Positions 35,772-44,348 of a stretch of DNA of 64,000 nucleotides are shown here, in pieces; position 1 is the stretch's first letter, and each line of letters opens with the position of its first letter. The stretch is taken from the NCBI GenBank assembly GCA_049513095.1, contig JBEKWL010000001.1:3008-67007 (forward strand), in the 5' to 3' direction. A model generated the notes under the pieces. That model was given only the letters and a program-made list of their open reading frames with translations. It was not told where the DNA came from and did not search any database. The DNA comes from Terriglobales bacterium. Its GTDB lineage: Bacteria; Acidobacteriota; Terriglobia; Terriglobales; Acidobacteriaceae. Made by a program: the position numbers and the translations under genes.

Positions 35772-37856
35772 TTACTGGACGGTGGCTTTGAGGTTCGTTG
35801 GAGGAGATGGAGGAGATGGAGGAGACACTTGGCCCCCCGCGTAGCAGGTACTGGCGTCGAATGCCAGGGGGTTACCGGTCCCGCTGGCAACTCCCCCCAT
35901 CGCGTTGTAGTAGCAGTCCATCGCCGGGTTGCTGTAGGCCAAGCCGCCGCCGACAGCGGCAAATGTGCCGCCACCCGCAGAGCATTGAGAACTGGATGTC
36001 GCTTCGGACTTGGCATAAGTCCCGCCCGAGCACTGGCCTACGTTTCCGCCGGTCACGTCCGGCCCGATCAGAGGCCAAGCCTTGCCCGAAGGCCACCAAG
36101 ACGGCTGCGATGAGTAAATAAAGGACGGTGGCAAAGTCTCCGAGGACGGCACCGCGTTCGCGTAGGAACTCAGTCCGCTTGGGACCTCCGAAGTGCTCGA
36201 ACAGGTCGTGCTCCATCCAGTATTTGACGAGTTTCCACACCAGCGCACGGCGTTCGTTACGTTATCCCAGTTGCCCCAGAACATCGAGGTTGAGTTACTG
36301 AGCGGATCGGTAGGAGAACCACCGGCATTAGCGCCAGCGCCGATTACAGAAGTGTGCCAGTTAGTTAAGGACCCCGGAACGGATTTGTAGGTATTGTGGT
36401 ACCCCGGCGTTCCTAGTACGTTGCCAATCGCATTTTCATAGCGTGTTCCAGAGCAATAGTCCAATGCAACCGTGTTATTGGTATTTGCCGCGCCGTTATT
36501 CGGCTCATTGCCATCCCAGCGATTGCGAAAGAAAGTGGAGAGATCGTGCGTGCCGTGAATGCAATCCGCTTCGAGACCGCCGCCGATGTTGCCTTCCTCA
36601 AGCCCGTACAGCATGATTCCGTGATACCACTGACTCGGGCTGAAGACACTCATGCTGGTCACGGGATTCAGTTGGAAGTTGTAGTCAACGACACAGCCCT
36701 CACAGTCCGAGTCAAAGACGATTCCAGCCGGTCGCTGAACAATGTTGTTCTCGATCAGCAAATCGCTGGCGATCTGGACAGAAAAGTTATAGGAATCACC
36801 AACGTAACCATAGACATAAGAGTCCCGCACGGTGCAATGATTGCACATATTAAAGCCAACGTGATACCAATCGGTTCCCGTAGTAGCTCCCATAATATCG
36901 GCGATGCCCTTGACCCAGCAGTTATAACAGTTGAAGAACACAGTCCCAGTACCACCACTGCTGGTATGGTTTAGCGAGATATTCTCGACAGCATCGCCTT
37001 GCGCCGGAGAAGTGGCCCACCATGCTCCGGGAGAGTTGCCTGTAGCCCAATTCGCCGCATAGATGCCGGGGCTGATTCCCACCGTGTAGGGTCCGCTGCC
37101 GGAGATGCTGGTTACTTCTACGATCTGCTGCTGCCCACGAATTGTAGAAAGCGTTGTGCCGCGCTGAAATCCATTCGGATCGGTACCGGAGGAGCAGGTC
37201 GAGGAATTATCGTAAATCTCACAGCCAACGTAGAGCGCCCCGTTGTCACGTTGAGTGTCGATCTGGTCGAGAATAATAGGATTGCCAACGGCGAGATTCG
37301 TCTTACTGCTCAAGAGAATCGAGGTCGCACCCTGAGTGTAAGTTCCACTGGTGCCATTGGTTCCGCTCCAAGTAGCGGTGTTTGTCGGACCAGCGGCGTA
37401 GTTAACGTCGCCGCTGCTGATGCAGACATCGTGCCCGTTGCAGACGTTTCCCGTGCCCGTTCCAGTGAAAACGAGAAAGGTGCTGTTTGAGCCTGATCCG
37501 CGCAGGGTGATGTTGGAGCACGAGGACGTACAGGAGCTGCTAGGACTTCCCCCTGCCGGAAAGACGATGCCCGCGGACATGGTGAAGGTGCCAGCGGGAA
37601 CCAGGACGTAGGTATTTGCCGGAGCCGACGCCAAGGCCGAATTGATGGAGGCCGCTGTCACGGTCCCGCTGGATACGGTGTTGCAGGCCGAGGTCACGCA
37701 CTGCGTTCGAGTGGTGGAGATGGTCGCTCCGGCGTTGGACCAATTGACAGCGCGGGAGGAATCAATGATACCGGACCATAGTTGTGCATGACCCGGAATG
37801 GACACGCCTAGCACGATGATGAAGGTGGCAAAAAGTGGGGAACTTTTTGTTCGCAT
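35772..37856 (-). CDS. Secreted right-handed parallel beta-helix (pectate-lyase-fold) protein; candidate EPS glycanase, lyase or epimerase
   Basis: Signal peptide MRTKSSPLFATFIIVLGVSIPGHAQ. Repetitive N/G/C-rich turns (CNHCTVRDSYVYG, LLIENNIVQ, CEGCVVDYN). It ends in the PPSPPSPP linker followed by TNLKATVQ-stop. Confidence 0.65.
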   Translation of the reverse strand: MRTKSSPLFATFIIVLGVSIPGHAQLWSGIIDSSRAVNWSNAGATISTTRTQCVTSACNTVSSGTVTAASINSALASAPANTYVLVPAGTFTMSAGIVFPAGGSPSSSCTSSCSNITLRGSGSNSTFLVFTGTGTGNVCNGHDVCISSGDVNYAAGPTNTATWSGTNGTSGTYTQGATSILLSSKTNLAVGNPIILDQIDTQRDNGALYVGCEIYDNSSTCSSGTDPNGFQRGTTLSTIRGQQQIVEVTSISGSGPYTVGISPGIYAANWATGNSPGAWWATSPAQGDAVENISLNHTSSGGTGTVFFNCYNCWVKGIADIMGATTGTDWYHVGFNMCNHCTVRDSYVYGYVGDSYNFSVQIASDLLIENNIVQRPAGIVFDSDCEGCVVDYNFQLNPVTSMSVFSPSQWYHGIMLYGLEEGNIGGGLEADCIHGTHDLSTFFRNRWDGNEPNNGAANTNNTVALDYCSGTRYENAIGNVLGTPGYHNTYKSVPGSLTNWHTSVIGAGANAGGSPTDPLSNSTSMFWGNWDNVTNAVRWCGNSSNTGWSTTCSSTSEVPSGLSSYANAVPSSETLPPSFIYSSQPSWWPSGKAWPLIGPDVTGGNVGQCSGGTYAKSEATSSSQCSAGGGTFAAVGGGLAYSNPAMDCYYNAMGGVASGTGNPLAFDASTCYAGGQVSPPSPPSPPTNLKATVQ

Positions 37857-37991
37857 TTTGTGTTTGCCTCGATTTAAAGATCGGCTCGATAGTCCTTAAC
37901 ATCGGAGTCGCACCAACCGTACCTTCCATTCAGTCTAATCTTGCGGAAACCGCAGTCAAGACACGGAAGTGCAGCCAGCACCCTTGCCGAA

Positions 37992-38951
37992 TCACGCGGA
38001 CCGGTCATGACCGACCGGGCGGCCAAAAGCCGCCATCCCACCTCGCGGGTCACCTCCATCCTTCTGCAAAATCATGGCGTCCACTCTTTGTATCAAATCG
38101 AGACGGTCATCAGAAAACTTCCTGGCAAACAGCGCTTCTCCACTGCCAAACACATCGTCAAGGAACACTTTCTGTTGGGACTCGAAAAGCGCAATGTGGT
38201 GTTCATCAATCATTTCCGGATGGCCGCCGCGGGCAAACCAGTCTTCATAGAGCAAATTCCTCCGCGTTCGAGAGTGGAACGCTGAATTGCCCAGAATGGT
38301 GTGAAAGAACGCTTCCTCAGGCGCAAATACGCTTTGGAAATATTCCTCCACGTGACGATTCCGCTCCACGAACTCCGATAAATATTGGCACGCATCTCGC
38401 GTCAGAGCCCACCAGGTGCTGCCCGCATAGGGCTCCAAACTTCCCAGGTATTTCCTATAATCGCGTTGCGCCAAACCAAGCTTTGCCAACGCTCGCACCG
38501 CGAATCGGCGAACCGGTTTATGGGATTGAATCCGCAGCGTGTTAATCCGGGAAATGGGCTTGCCCGCTGCCTCATTGGGCATCTTCACCGTGCTTATGAA
38601 TTCCCCGCCGCGATTCGCTTCCAGGAAGGCATGAATATATTCGCGGCCTCGTAACGGGTACTCGCTGCCGCTAAGAAGAACCAGGTAATCGCAGTTCTGA
38701 GACCTTTCCAATGCCTGCCTAAGCAAGAGCAGGATCGCCTGCACACCAGAGAATTCGCCCCAATACACAGGTAACCGCTTCTCGCTAAAAAAAACGTTCC
38801 TTCCCTCAATCCCGGAGAACTCTTTTATGTCGCTTTTTTGGTCGATATGAATGAAGAATTCGCAATCCTCACCTGAAAGCGCTTCTATCGCTCTCTGGAG
38901 AAGCTGTGGATTCTTATAGGCAAATACTAGATAAGCGATTTTCACTTTCAT
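37992..38951 (-). CDS. GT14-family (Core-2/I-branching-type) glycosyltransferase
   Basis: MKVKIAYLVFAYKNPQLLQRAIEAL, FFIHIDQKSD, VYWGEFSGVQA and DYLVLLSGSEYP. The ATG at 38951 avoids overlap with wzy. Confidence 0.75.
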   Translation of the reverse strand: MKVKIAYLVFAYKNPQLLQRAIEALSGEDCEFFIHIDQKSDIKEFSGIEGRNVFFSEKRLPVYWGEFSGVQAILLLLRQALERSQNCDYLVLLSGSEYPLRGREYIHAFLEANRGGEFISTVKMPNEAAGKPISRINTLRIQSHKPVRRFAVRALAKLGLAQRDYRKYLGSLEPYAGSTWWALTRDACQYLSEFVERNRHVEEYFQSVFAPEEAFFHTILGNSAFHSRTRRNLLYEDWFARGGHPEMIDEHHIALFESQQKVFLDDVFGSGEALFARKFSDDRLDLIQRVDAMILQKDGGDPRGGMAAFGRPVGHDRSA

Positions 38952-38991
38952 CACCTTGACACGCCTCCGAGGCAAGCTGACAGCAAGCAGG

Positions 38992-40404
38992 TTAGACTTG
39001 CTCCAGGCAGTGCACACCACCGGGAGGGGCAAGCGCGGTGACCGCCGCCACCGCTTTCCGGGGCTTCGTCTTAATCCACCCTCCCGGAACGTAGATGGTC
39101 GCTAGCAGAAAGGATATCCATATCAGGCTCATGGTTCCGAACGATGACTCAGCAAAGTTGTAAACGACTGCGACGGAAAAGTATGCCAGCCGCAGTTTCC
39201 CCTCATCCGCGTTCCGCCGGAATGCGCGCACGACCGTCCGGTAACCCGTAACCAGCACGATGCCTAACATTACAATTCCCAGCCACCCCAAATTCAGAAA
39301 GACTTCGATGTACCCGTCGTGCGCCTCCCGAGGATGCCACCAGTACATGCTCCACATCCTCTCCAGACGCTTCCCCAGCCAAAAGCTTTCGAAACCAGTC
39401 CCGACCACCGGATTCCCAGACATGCCGAGCACGAGTTTCCAGATGTCGGTGCGGCCGGTCAGTGTCGGATCCCGGCCAATGGAGTGCAGAATGCCGGATC
39501 CCATGTCGAGAAAGAGGGTACTAACGGACACGGAAAACATCGCGAGCACCATCAAGTGCACAACCCAGGGCCTGCGGGCAACCAAGCGAAGGCTGGTCGT
39601 CAACATGAGAGCGCTGGCCAGCAAAAAGCAGGACAGGGATGTCATCGAATGGGCCATCCAGAGCAGCCACGATACCATCGTGAGACAGGCGCCGAAGGCG
39701 AGAAGTTGCTTGTTCCTGGCCGCGCCCTGCGCGCTGCGCCAGGCGGTTAGCAAGCGCCAAACAAAAACCAGTCCCAGGACCAGACAAAGGCGCCCGAGTT
39801 CGTTCTTGTTGGTCGTGACGCCGGTGTAGTAGGGCGTCCAGAACCATGGGTTATAACCCCGGCCCAGATTGGGGTAAAACTTGATGAACAGTACAGAAGT
39901 CGGGATCAGCAAAAACCCTGTCCACGCCAACACGCGCTTGATGGCCGCATAGCGATCGCGATCCGTCAGGATGATCAGGACCATGACGAAATCGCCCAGC
40001 GACTTTACCCAACGCTTGAACGCGACGTCGGGGTAGTCGGACCAGCTGATACTCACGGCACAGTAAAGAGAAAATGCGACCAGCGGCCAATTTGCCTTCA
40101 AGATTCCCAGAACTCTTTCTCTTCTTCTCACCAGCACCATCAGCCCTGCCAAGAGCAATCCGCTGTACACCGCGCGGTCCAGCGGACTGCCTTCGGTGTA
40201 CATCGAGGCGACCGATGTCGTATCGGTAATGGAGACGCCATGCATCGTGCCGATCCATTGGCCGACGCTGCGCGACCCAGCGATCGACAACCAGAGAACC
40301 GCGATCCATAGTGCCTTGGACGTGCGGGACCTCGGGTCCCGATCAAGAAAAAATAGTCCCAGGATCCCCGCAACAAACAGCAGGGTTGCGATTCCGGCGG
40401 CCAT
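38992..40404 (-). CDS. Wzy-type polymerase / O-antigen-ligase-family membrane protein
   Basis: 470 aa with at least 10 TM segments and a periplasmic-loop motif WWHPREAHDGYIEVFLNLGWLG (Wzy_C-like). Confidence 0.75.
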   Translation of the reverse strand: MAAGIATLLFVAGILGLFFLDRDPRSRTSKALWIAVLWLSIAGSRSVGQWIGTMHGVSITDTTSVASMYTEGSPLDRAVYSGLLLAGLMVLVRRRERVLGILKANWPLVAFSLYCAVSISWSDYPDVAFKRWVKSLGDFVMVLIILTDRDRYAAIKRVLAWTGFLLIPTSVLFIKFYPNLGRGYNPWFWTPYYTGVTTNKNELGRLCLVLGLVFVWRLLTAWRSAQGAARNKQLLAFGACLTMVSWLLWMAHSMTSLSCFLLASALMLTTSLRLVARRPWVVHLMVLAMFSVSVSTLFLDMGSGILHSIGRDPTLTGRTDIWKLVLGMSGNPVVGTGFESFWLGKRLERMWSMYWWHPREAHDGYIEVFLNLGWLGIVMLGIVLVTGYRTVVRAFRRNADEGKLRLAYFSVAVVYNFAESSFGTMSLIWISFLLATIYVPGGWIKTKPRKAVAAVTALAPPGGVHCLEQV

Positions 40405-40460
40405 TTACCGTCTCCCCCGGGTCTGTTCTAGAAGAACTTGTTTTGCGCGGAGGCTGCCGA

Positions 40461-42293
40461 TCATTTCGAGTCCAGGAAGAGCCGGTGAATCAGTTCCAGG
40501 GTCAGCAACCTATGGATCGCACTGGTGTGGTTGCGATTTCCTTTGAGGTGGCCGGCCACAATTTGCTCGACGCCCTTTCGCTCCAGATAGGGCCGGGATA
40601 ATGTTCGGGAATCGAGCAACATCTCGCGCACATAGTTTGCCAGTGCATCGCGGTACCAGACCCGAAAATGGTAGAACTTGTGCCTGCCGAGGAAGAGGCG
40701 CTCCAGGTGAAGCGGTGAAAAAGCGTGGTCGATTCGAGCCACCCACTGCGGCATCCCGTAATCGTAGGCATATTCAGCTTTGAACGTGAACTCAAGGTAC
40801 TCGTGCAACAAGCGGCCTGCGAGCGTGTCCTGGTTCGCAACGAGACCTCGATCCGTGCGCAGTTGACCCAGATCCTTGTTGCCCTCCGCGATCAGCCTCA
40901 GACAAACGTCGGTGTTCGCCGGACGCCGCGCAAGCTCAGGCTTCGGTGCGCGAAACACGGTGCGCACAAGATCGCTGTCGAGAAATGGACTGCGAACCGT
41001 CAACTGGGTCTGTTCCAGTCCCAGCAAGCCGTAATGATGCCAGGGGGCTTGGCGAAACACGGCGAACGAAACCGGATGTCCGGTCGCCACCGTAGCATAG
41101 GTATCGCGCGCGGCGCGAATATGCGGCAGGAAATCCTCGCTAAACAGTCCTGCCACGGGCTTTCCGGGCTTGAAGGCCGGAACCCATCGCAGCACTTCGC
41201 TGCCGTAATTGCCGGTCATCCGCACGGGAGCGATCTCGCGCGCACGCTCGTTGACGAACAAATCCGAGGCGCGACTGACGTCGACGGTGCCGTCCGTCAA
41301 ATACACGGACCGCTCTGCGTAATGGCCAAAGCGCGCCAGGAAATCCTGGCCGAGCGGAATCACTTCGTGCGATTGCCCACACATCGAGGCCACCCGTCGT
41401 GCCAGGATGACATCCTCACAATCACGGTAGGGACCACCAAACGAGTAGCAAGGCGTCGAGCCTGGCGTTAATTTCCGCCAAGCCATAATCATTCTGGAAT
41501 CGAGTCCCCCGGTGAGGGACACTCCAATTCTCTGTGGGCCGTTGAAGTAACGCCCAAGGTTGCGAGCGAACACGGTGCGTAACTGGACGTAGAAGTCGTC
41601 CGGACTCAAACGCTCCTGCGCTTCCCATTCTTTCGCCTCGAAGTAGTGACGGCGCTCCACGTCGCCGTGTCGGAAGCACCATGCCGAGGCCACGGGCAGT
41701 ACTTCGATACCTTCAAATAAGGTGCGGTTTTCGAGCACGCAGCCTAAGGAAACAGACTCACCACAACTGCGTAGATTGAGCTTCTTTAGTTCCGGACAGA
41801 CCGCCAGGATGGACTTCGCTTCGGGGGCAAAATAGAAGGCGTCGCTCGCTTGGTGGTAATACACACGGTTCATCGAGAAGCGGTCGTTGAACAGCACGGC
41901 CGTGCCGCGCCGGCGATCATGGACGAATCCATGGAACCGCCCATTCAGCGTGGACGGAAAGTCGGATCGTTCTTCGTACAGGTGAACCAGATAGTCCGGT
42001 CCATGATCCGTTACCATATGCCCGCGTTCTCTTAGTTCCCTCTTTGCGTCCGGGTCCGGGTATTCCTCTCCCGCGAAGAACAGGGAGACGTCGCCGGTCT
42101 CGTTCTGCAATGGCATCGAGTCGCAGAAAGAACTCCTGTGCGCCGCCCATCCGATATAGCTTCCGGAGTTTTCGTCGACCCAAGTCCCCGTCACATAGGA
42201 AGCATCATGACGCAATAATGCCACCATCTGCTGAAGTTTGGACTCGGCCCAGGCGCGGGGCTTCGCCGTTATGATTCCTACGATTCCTGGCAT
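40461..42293 (-). CDS. Asparagine-synthetase-B-family amidotransferase-like protein lacking the N-terminal Cys nucleophile
   Basis: 610 aa. PP-loop motif SLTGGLDSRMI. The N-terminus reads MPGIVGII instead of the canonical MCGI. Confidence 0.85.
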   Translation of the reverse strand: MPGIVGIITAKPRAWAESKLQQMVALLRHDASYVTGTWVDENSGSYIGWAAHRSSFCDSMPLQNETGDVSLFFAGEEYPDPDAKRELRERGHMVTDHGPDYLVHLYEERSDFPSTLNGRFHGFVHDRRRGTAVLFNDRFSMNRVYYHQASDAFYFAPEAKSILAVCPELKKLNLRSCGESVSLGCVLENRTLFEGIEVLPVASAWCFRHGDVERRHYFEAKEWEAQERLSPDDFYVQLRTVFARNLGRYFNGPQRIGVSLTGGLDSRMIMAWRKLTPGSTPCYSFGGPYRDCEDVILARRVASMCGQSHEVIPLGQDFLARFGHYAERSVYLTDGTVDVSRASDLFVNERAREIAPVRMTGNYGSEVLRWVPAFKPGKPVAGLFSEDFLPHIRAARDTYATVATGHPVSFAVFRQAPWHHYGLLGLEQTQLTVRSPFLDSDLVRTVFRAPKPELARRPANTDVCLRLIAEGNKDLGQLRTDRGLVANQDTLAGRLLHEYLEFTFKAEYAYDYGMPQWVARIDHAFSPLHLERLFLGRHKFYHFRVWYRDALANYVREMLLDSRTLSRPYLERKGVEQIVAGHLKGNRNHTSAIHRLLTLELIHRLFLDSK

Positions 42294-42351
42294 GTCGGAT
42301 CAGTCAAGGAGAATTTCGGAGGGAAGGTTAAGCAGACAGAAAACAGCATAA

Positions 42352-43413
42352 CTAGAGACTGGAGCCGGCGGGAGGATTTGAACACCCCATCTGCCGATCA
42401 CGATTCGGCCGCTCTAACATTGAGCTACACCGGCTCATCCACTGCTTCAAGGTATACCATCGCGCTCGCGCGCTCAGTCCAGCTGTAATCACGTTTTGCG
42501 GCAATATTCCGATCAAGCCACGATGCGCCTTCAATTTGAAGCAGAGTTTGCCCCAGAGATTCAAGGGCAGATAAAAACGTGGTACCACAACCTCCTGAAA
42601 TCCATTGCGGATCTTAAACTCGCGGAGCGGATTATCCCCCTTGTTGCCGTAATTAAACAGGCCATAGGTCAGGTAGTGCACACCCTTCGCTTCACAGAGC
42701 TCGACCGCCTTCGCAATCAGAGCGTTGCCCGGCCGCTTGTCATAGTGACTATGCTTGGTCGTCAGGCTCAGGATCGACGCCACCTCGCCCCGATACACGA
42801 GTTTCAGGAAGCCGATCGTTTCTTCACCCACGCTGGTGACGATGAAGTCACTACGGTCCACAAACGACGAGTAATCCTTGCGCACCCGCTCCAGACTTTT
42901 TCCATAGTGCACGTTGCGAACCCGCTGTCGGATCGGCGAGTCGTTGTTGACATCGCTGATGCCTTTGATCAGGTTGTCGTCAAACGGCTTGACGGAGACA
43001 GTAACGCCCCGCCTCTGAGACCTTCGCACATTCTTGCGAGTTTCCTGGGGAAGTTTCTCCCACCACTCCTTGAAGCTCGTCAGTTCCACCGCAGCCACGC
43101 TCTCCCACTCCATCGGATACTCGTACTTAGGAGTCTTGTTGGGCAGTTTTTGAGCGAAGGTGAAGATGTCTGCGCGAACGCCTCCCCTCTTCTGATTCTT
43201 GAGGGTGGCAGCGCACAGTTCCGGTTGGCTCGTTTCCGCAACCAGCCATTCCTCATCGTGCACGGATGCGATCTTCAACCATCGTCCGTGAGTGACCAAG
43301 GGTTGTCCGTTCACTTCAACCACGGGAACGTATACCCACTCACCCCTGGCGATTACTTCAATCGAATTTCCTGTCATTCCTGTCGCTTCCTTCGTGCCCG
43401 CAGGCATCCGCAT
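42352..43413 (-). CDS. FemAB-like / GNAT-fold transferase, paralog 3 (the last 25 codons overlap the tRNA-like gene)
   Basis: TRKNVRRSQRRGVTV, IGFLKLVYRGEVASILSL, NALIAKAVELCEAKGVHYLTYG and PLREFKIRNGF. No in-frame stop occurs before the tRNA-like sequence. Confidence 0.6.
   Translation of the reverse strand: MRMPAGTKEATGMTGNSIEVIARGEWVYVPVVEVNGQPLVTHGRWLKIASVHDEEWLVAETSQPELCAATLKNQKRGGVRADIFTFAQKLPNKTPKYEYPMEWESVAAVELTSFKEWWEKLPQETRKNVRRSQRRGVTVSVKPFDDNLIKGISDVNNDSPIRQRVRNVHYGKSLERVRKDYSSFVDRSDFIVTSVGEETIGFLKLVYRGEVASILSLTTKHSHYDKRPGNALIAKAVELCEAKGVHYLTYGLFNYGNKGDNPLREFKIRNGFQEVVVPRFYLPLNLWGKLCFKLKAHRGLIGILPQNVITAGLSARARWYTLKQWMSRCSSMLERPNRDRQMGCSNPPAGSSL
42360..42434 (-). tRNA. tRNA-Thr(CGU)-like gene, 75 nt with encoded CCA and non-canonical features
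   Basis: Hand-folded reverse complement: GCCGGUG-UA-GCUC-AAUGUUA-GAGC-G-GCCGA-AUCGUGA-UCGGC-AGAUG-GGGUG-UUCAAAU-CCUCC-CGCCGGC-U-CCA. The acceptor stem has 7 bp (one G:U) and the anticodon stem 5 bp, with U33 and anticodon CGU. Deviations: the 7-nt D-loop has no GG, position 37 is G, the T-stem has a U52:C62 mismatch and a G51:U63 pair, and position 32 is A. Confidence 0.7.
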
Positions 43414-43426
43414 TGGTCCGCGTCGA

Positions 43427-44344
43427 TCATCTCGTTATGTATTGCTCGCGAATCGGATTGATTCCGAGCAACGTAAGCAACTTGCCCAGATGATCGCAGA
43501 GCTTTACCAACAGGGTCATGAAGTGGTGATGTCCGAGGATCATCGCGAACGGCAACAGCAGAGTGTAGACCGGAACCGCGACCATCGACTTCAAAATATT
43601 GGCAGCCCCGAGCGTCGGTTGCAGCGCGGCGCTCGACCCACGTAGCAGCGCCTTCCTCAGCATGAAGGTACGCTTCCAGCGTACCGGAGGAATTACTTCA
43701 TCGGTCATCGCCTCACTGCACCAGATGAAGTGGCACCCTTTGTCGATCGCTCTCCGGAAAAAATCCTGGTCCTCTCCATGGCGAAATTCCGGGCGAAAGG
43801 ACGGCTCGCCCGGCGTGAAAACGGTCTTCCTCAGCAGCACATTGCCGGTGCGCCCCACGCTCCACCGGACCGGTAATCCGGTGGGACGAATCGGGCGTTT
43901 ATAAAACTCGCCTTTTACGATCCACTTTGGCGGCGTCTCGTCGAACTGCCGTCGTACCCCTCCGAGCACGCCGTCCACCTGGTATTGCTCGCAAGCACGA
44001 AAAAGAGTGAGGAGCCAGTCTGCCGCCGGGAATTCGTCGTCGTCGAGGAAGGCGATGAAATCTCCTTCGGCGTTCTCGACGGCCTTATTCCGCGCCAGCG
44101 CAATATTCTGTCGAGGTTCCACGCAGTATCGAACGGGAACCAGATGCGAAACGGATTGCGATTTTCTAAACTCCTCAACCACGGCTTTGCCCGATTGCAA
44201 CTCGTCGTTGTCGGCCACCACGATCGAGTACGTGAACAACCCGTCCGTCCTCTGCCCGCCCAGTGCCTTCAGTTCGCGCGCCAGAAACTCCGGACGTTGG
44301 TAGGTGCACACACAGACGCTGATGTGTTTGGTTTCGGTATTCAT
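43427..44344 (-). CDS. Family 2 glycosyltransferase
   Basis: MNTETKHISVCVCTYQRPEFLARELKALGGQ, VVADND and FLDDDE. The ATG at 44344 sits just after the upstream stop. Confidence 0.85.
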   Translation of the reverse strand: MNTETKHISVCVCTYQRPEFLARELKALGGQRTDGLFTYSIVVADNDELQSGKAVVEEFRKSQSVSHLVPVRYCVEPRQNIALARNKAVENAEGDFIAFLDDDEFPAADWLLTLFRACEQYQVDGVLGGVRRQFDETPPKWIVKGEFYKRPIRPTGLPVRWSVGRTGNVLLRKTVFTPGEPSFRPEFRHGEDQDFFRRAIDKGCHFIWCSEAMTDEVIPPVRWKRTFMLRKALLRGSSAALQPTLGAANILKSMVAVPVYTLLLPFAMILGHHHFMTLLVKLCDHLGKLLTLLGINPIREQYITR

Positions 44345-44348
44345 GCTG

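Noticed and set aside
5273-42359. Idea that everything downstream of the tRNA-like gene is a genomic island integrated at the tRNA 3' end
   Set aside because: I found no direct repeat of the tRNA 3' end (only a 7-nt ggagccg match near 5902). There is no integrase, and genes on both sides of the tRNA belong to the same functional system and strand.
42294-42359. U-rich stretch after the tRNA-like gene (GCUGUUUUCUGUCUGCUU) as an intrinsic terminator
   Set aside because: No stable stem-loop precedes the U-rich tract, and the AsnB-like gene follows directly, so read-through is more likely.
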